39,981 nucleotides of DNA from assembly GCA_001662655.1 (NCBI GenBank), contig KV460256.1; one strand, written 5' to 3'. The translations under genes and the position numbers were made by a program. The DNA is from Pseudogymnoascus verrucosus. Taxonomy: Eukaryota. Under the pieces are notes generated by a model. It saw nothing but the letters and a program-made list of their open reading frames with translations. It had not been told where the DNA came from and did not search any database. Shown piece by piece: positions 36,311 to 39,981 of the stretch. Within the stretch, counting starts at the first letter, position 1. Each line of letters opens with the position of its first letter.

Positions 36311-38888
36311 ATGACCGCTGCAATGGCGCGTGGAAAGGTTTCGCGGGGACAACCTGATCTATATCTCATTGTATGTATTACCATCACTCGTGGCTGTTGG
36401 GCGTTACTGACTTTGAGGCAGTCTGAAGAAGATACGATTTACGAGCAAGATATACTCCGCGACCCTGAAAGCATCAAGCCATGGCTGGGATATATAAATT
36501 TCAAGTTGCGACATGGGAGCTTACACGAACAAGCATACGTCCTCGAACGTGCGTGCTTGCAGTTACCACGATCATATAAGCTATGGCGAATGGTAAGGAT
36601 GATAACATGCAAACTACTTTGGGCGATGCTAACTGTACCAGTATCTCTCTATCAGAACGAAGCACCTCCGAAAGCTCAACCCGGCCATCTTCGCTGCAGA
36701 ATTTGCGAAAGTGAATTCATTATTCGAGAAGGCTCTTGTTCTCTTGAACAAAATGCCTAAGATATGGGAGATGTATCTTCAATTCCTATTACTTCAGCCA
36801 CTTGTAACACTCACACGCCACACATTCGATAGAGCGCTACGAGCGCTACCAATCACTCAACATAACAAGATATGGGCCCTCTACAGACCATTCGCAAATT
36901 CCGCAACTGGACAGACGGCCGTTAAAATTTGGCGACGATACATGCAAATACACCCAGAAGATGCAGAGGACTTCATCGAACTGTTGGTCGAAGAGAGGCT
37001 TTACACGGAGGCGATTAAGATGTATATGAACATTCTCAACAATACAAGGTTTCGAAGCAAGCATGGAAAGGGGCACTACCAGCTCTGGAATGAAATGATT
37101 GACCTCCTTGTTACTCATGCTAGGCTCGTAGAAACAGGATACGAAAATGGCATTAATGTTGAAAGCATTATCAGAAGTGGCATTGAGAGGTTTTCAGACC
37201 AAAGAGGCAAGCTGTGGTCTGGCCTAGCTACGTACTGGATCACTCGTGGGAGCTTTGAAAAAGCAAGGGATATTTTTGAAGAGGCTATAATAACAGTCAT
37301 GACTGTTCGTGACTTCACGCTGGTTTTTGATTCATACACGGAATTTGAAGAATCGGTTATTGGGGCACTGATGGACTCTGCGGCCAGTCGCTCAAGCAGA
37401 GGAGCTGTGGACGAAGACGCAGATTTTGATTTAGATATCAGAATGATGCGGTTCGAGCAACTAATGGACCGACGGCCATTCCTCGTGAATGATGTCCTAT
37501 TACGGCAGAACCCCAACAATGTGCCTGAGTGGGAGAAACGAGTTGCGCTCTGGGGTGACAACAAGCGTGAAGTAGTCCAGACATATACCGACGCCATCAC
37601 TGCGGTGCAGCCGAAGAAAGCAATTGGCCAGTTTCACGAACTTTGGGTCAATTATGCTAAGGTCTATGAGAACGGCGGGGATTTGCGAGACGCTCGGTTA
37701 ATACTGGAGAAAGCTGTAAAGGTCCCTTTTAAGTCAGTTGCAGAGCTAGCAGAGTTGTGGATAGAGTGGGCTGAGATGGAGCTGAGAAATGAGAATTTTG
37801 AGGGAGCCGTCAATGTCATGGCCAAAGCAGTACAGGCACCGAAACGATCAACGGTAGATTATTTCGACGAAACACTCTCGCCACAACAGCGAGTTCACAA
37901 GAGTTGGAAACTTTGGAGCTTTTATGTCGACCTTGTTGAGAGTGTCAGCACTCTTGAGGAGACTAGGAACATATATGAAAGGATATTTGAGCTTCGAATC
38001 GCTACTCCACAGACAGTTGTCAATTATGCAAACCTTTTGGAGGAAAGCAAATATTTTGAAGAGTCATTCAAGATCTATGAACGGGGCTTGGATTTGTTCA
38101 GTTATCCGGTAGCCTTTGAACTCTGGAACTTATATCTCACCAAAGCTGTCGACCGGAAAATTAGTATTGAACGGCTACGGGATCTTTTCGAGCAGGCTGT
38201 TGAAGGATGCCCTCCACGTTTCGCCAAAGTGCTCTATCTCATGTACGGTAATCTTGAGGAGGATCGAGGCTTGGCACGACATGCAATGCGCATATATGAG
38301 CGCGCCACAAGAGCAGTCTCGGATGAAGATCGAGCAGACATGTTCAACTTTTATATTACGAAATCCGCGTCGAACTTTGGGTTGCCGTCCACACGACCTA
38401 TTTACGAGCATGCCATTGCTGCTCTACCTGATAGCGACGCCAGGGACATGTGCTTAAAATTTGCCGATATGGAGAAGAGGTTGGGTGAAATTGATAGAGC
38501 GAGAGCCATATACGGGCATGCTTCGCAATTCTGCGACCCGCGAACGAGTCCGACCTTCTGGTCCAAATGGGAAGCTTTCGAAGTTCAACATGGAAATGAG
38601 GATACGTTTAAGGAAATGCTCCGCATCAAACGCAGCGTACAGGCCCAGTACAACACAGACGTTAACTTTATTGCTTCCCAGGCTCTGGCAAGGAGTCATG
38701 CAAGCCCCAACGGTAAGGGCGACGACAATCACGAGGATGCCATGGCAGCCCTGGAACGAGAAGCACGTGCCCCTGTGGGGTTTGTTGCTGCAAGCACCGG
38801 CCCACCACAGGGCAAAATTGCTGTTGAACCAGCTGTGGTTGCGAATCCAGATGCAATCGATGTTGATGGATTAGAGGAAGAAGATTGA
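36311..38888 (+). CDS. SYF1: Pre-mRNA splicing factor Syf1 (XAB2), HAT/TPR repeats
   Basis: Introns 36371-36421 and 36593-36641. Motifs YEQDILRDP, LPRSYKLW, LLRQNPNNV, FEVQHGNEDTFKEMLRIKRSVQA and ANPDAID. Confidence 0.95.
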
Positions 38889-39447
38889 GCTAGCACCGGC
38901 GCTTATAGATAGCATGGGAGTAAATGATATCATCAAGGCATAATAACTTAACATAGTTAAGTGAAATACTCGTAATTTCTTTCTAGACTAAGCTGAACTT
39001 CAGCCCACATTGACTCTTTTGCATTTTTAAATTCTTTAAGTGACAATTTGTCGATTGATGTAGTCCCTCTGTCCATTCTGCACCGTACGTCGCATTTGCA
39101 CTAATGCCTATACATAAAGATACTTCTAGTTAAACTACCTTCAATGCCACTTTAATACTTATTTTATCGGCTAGTATCAGAACTAAACTGCCACCTATAA
39201 TATTAAAAATATCAGATCTGCCTGCCACCTAATTGTTTCGAAATATCAGAACCCTATTTCAACTTTAGTTATATATATTAACAAGTACTATATGTTTAAG
39301 TTAATATTACTTATATACAACTACTATTATAACAGAACATAAGCTAGCTTAAAATTATACCCTGTTAATCTTAGCTAAAGGAATGAATTCATAGAATATA
39401 TAGACAACAGTGTTATATTGTGTGTTTAGAATGCTTTTTTACCACTA

Positions 39448-39981
39448 ACGTAGGTCGTGGCCAGAGCGGCGCCATGGCCAGAGCGGCGACTTGGCTCACC
39501 CCACCAAAATCCAGAGCAAGAACACCAAACTACTAACTTAGAAAAATCGCAAATAATTCAATTACTACCACCCTAATTCATCTATATCATCCTCAGAAGG
39601 CTCTTCTTCGCTCTCTTCATCTATTTCCTCAATTATAGCCTCGTTTATAGGTTGTGGTGTTGTTCTAGGCCTCTGTGAAGCTGTGGCTGTTGCTGCTTCT
39701 GCTTCTACAACTTGTAACCAGAGTTCTTCTGTAGAAATATGGAATTGACCCTTCAAAACTGCTCTTTTACCCTTATTCTGTACTCTACGCTTCTAAATAA
39801 TTGAGCGTAAGTTATCACACTCTCTTTTTTGAAGGGTATTGCGTGTATTAAGGCGTTCTGACTCATCTGCTAACTTATTGATATATCGCTTTATAGGAGT
39901 ATTCAAAACACCTTGATTTAAGGCTGTTGAGAGCACTGTATTTGCTTTGTGAAGTGTTTGAAAATCAGGTGGACTGCTATT
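39448..39981 (-). mobile_element. 3' end of a Fot1/pogo-family DNA transposon (partial)
   Basis: TA at 39446-39447 precedes ACGTAGGTCG and two internal direct repeats TGGCCAGAGCGGCG (39458-39471, 39475-39488). This is the TIR architecture of fungal Fot1/Tan1/Pot2-type elements. A transposase-like C-terminus lies inside. Confidence 0.8.
39565..39981 (-). pseudogene. Transposase C-terminal fragment with internal stop
   Basis: Reads NSSPPDFQTLHKAN..LNTPIKRYINKLADESERL..RSII*KRRVQNKGKRAVLKGQFHISTEEL..acidic tail, with TAG at 39793-39795. Confidence 0.72.

Overview
Gene-dense eukaryotic DNA from a filamentous ascomycete (Pezizomycotina). Introns are short (~45-95 nt), with GT..AG ends and CTRAC-type branch sites; the species cannot be fixed from sequence alone. 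I reconstructed 19 mostly spliced genes by hand: a PRRC2/BAT2-like low-complexity protein (partial), ATP17, NDUFS4, a class I/II aminotransferase, MCM6, POL32, a secreted GH125, ESA1, REX4, RNH203, RAD18, CHM7, TRS85, CCA1, TTI2, FIG4, U1A, VMA8 and SYF1. Many sit in head-to-head pairs. The window ends in an AT-rich stretch and the 3' end of a Fot1/pogo DNA transposon with a RIP-like nonsense codon. The most striking observation is in intron 1 of the U1A gene: a hairpin that closely mimics U1 snRNA stem-loop II (loop AUUGCACACC, C-G closing pair) and whose stem buries the intron's own 5' splice site. Retaining that intron gives an in-frame stop, suggesting splicing-level autoregulation of U1A. 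All product calls come from motif recognition, not database searches.
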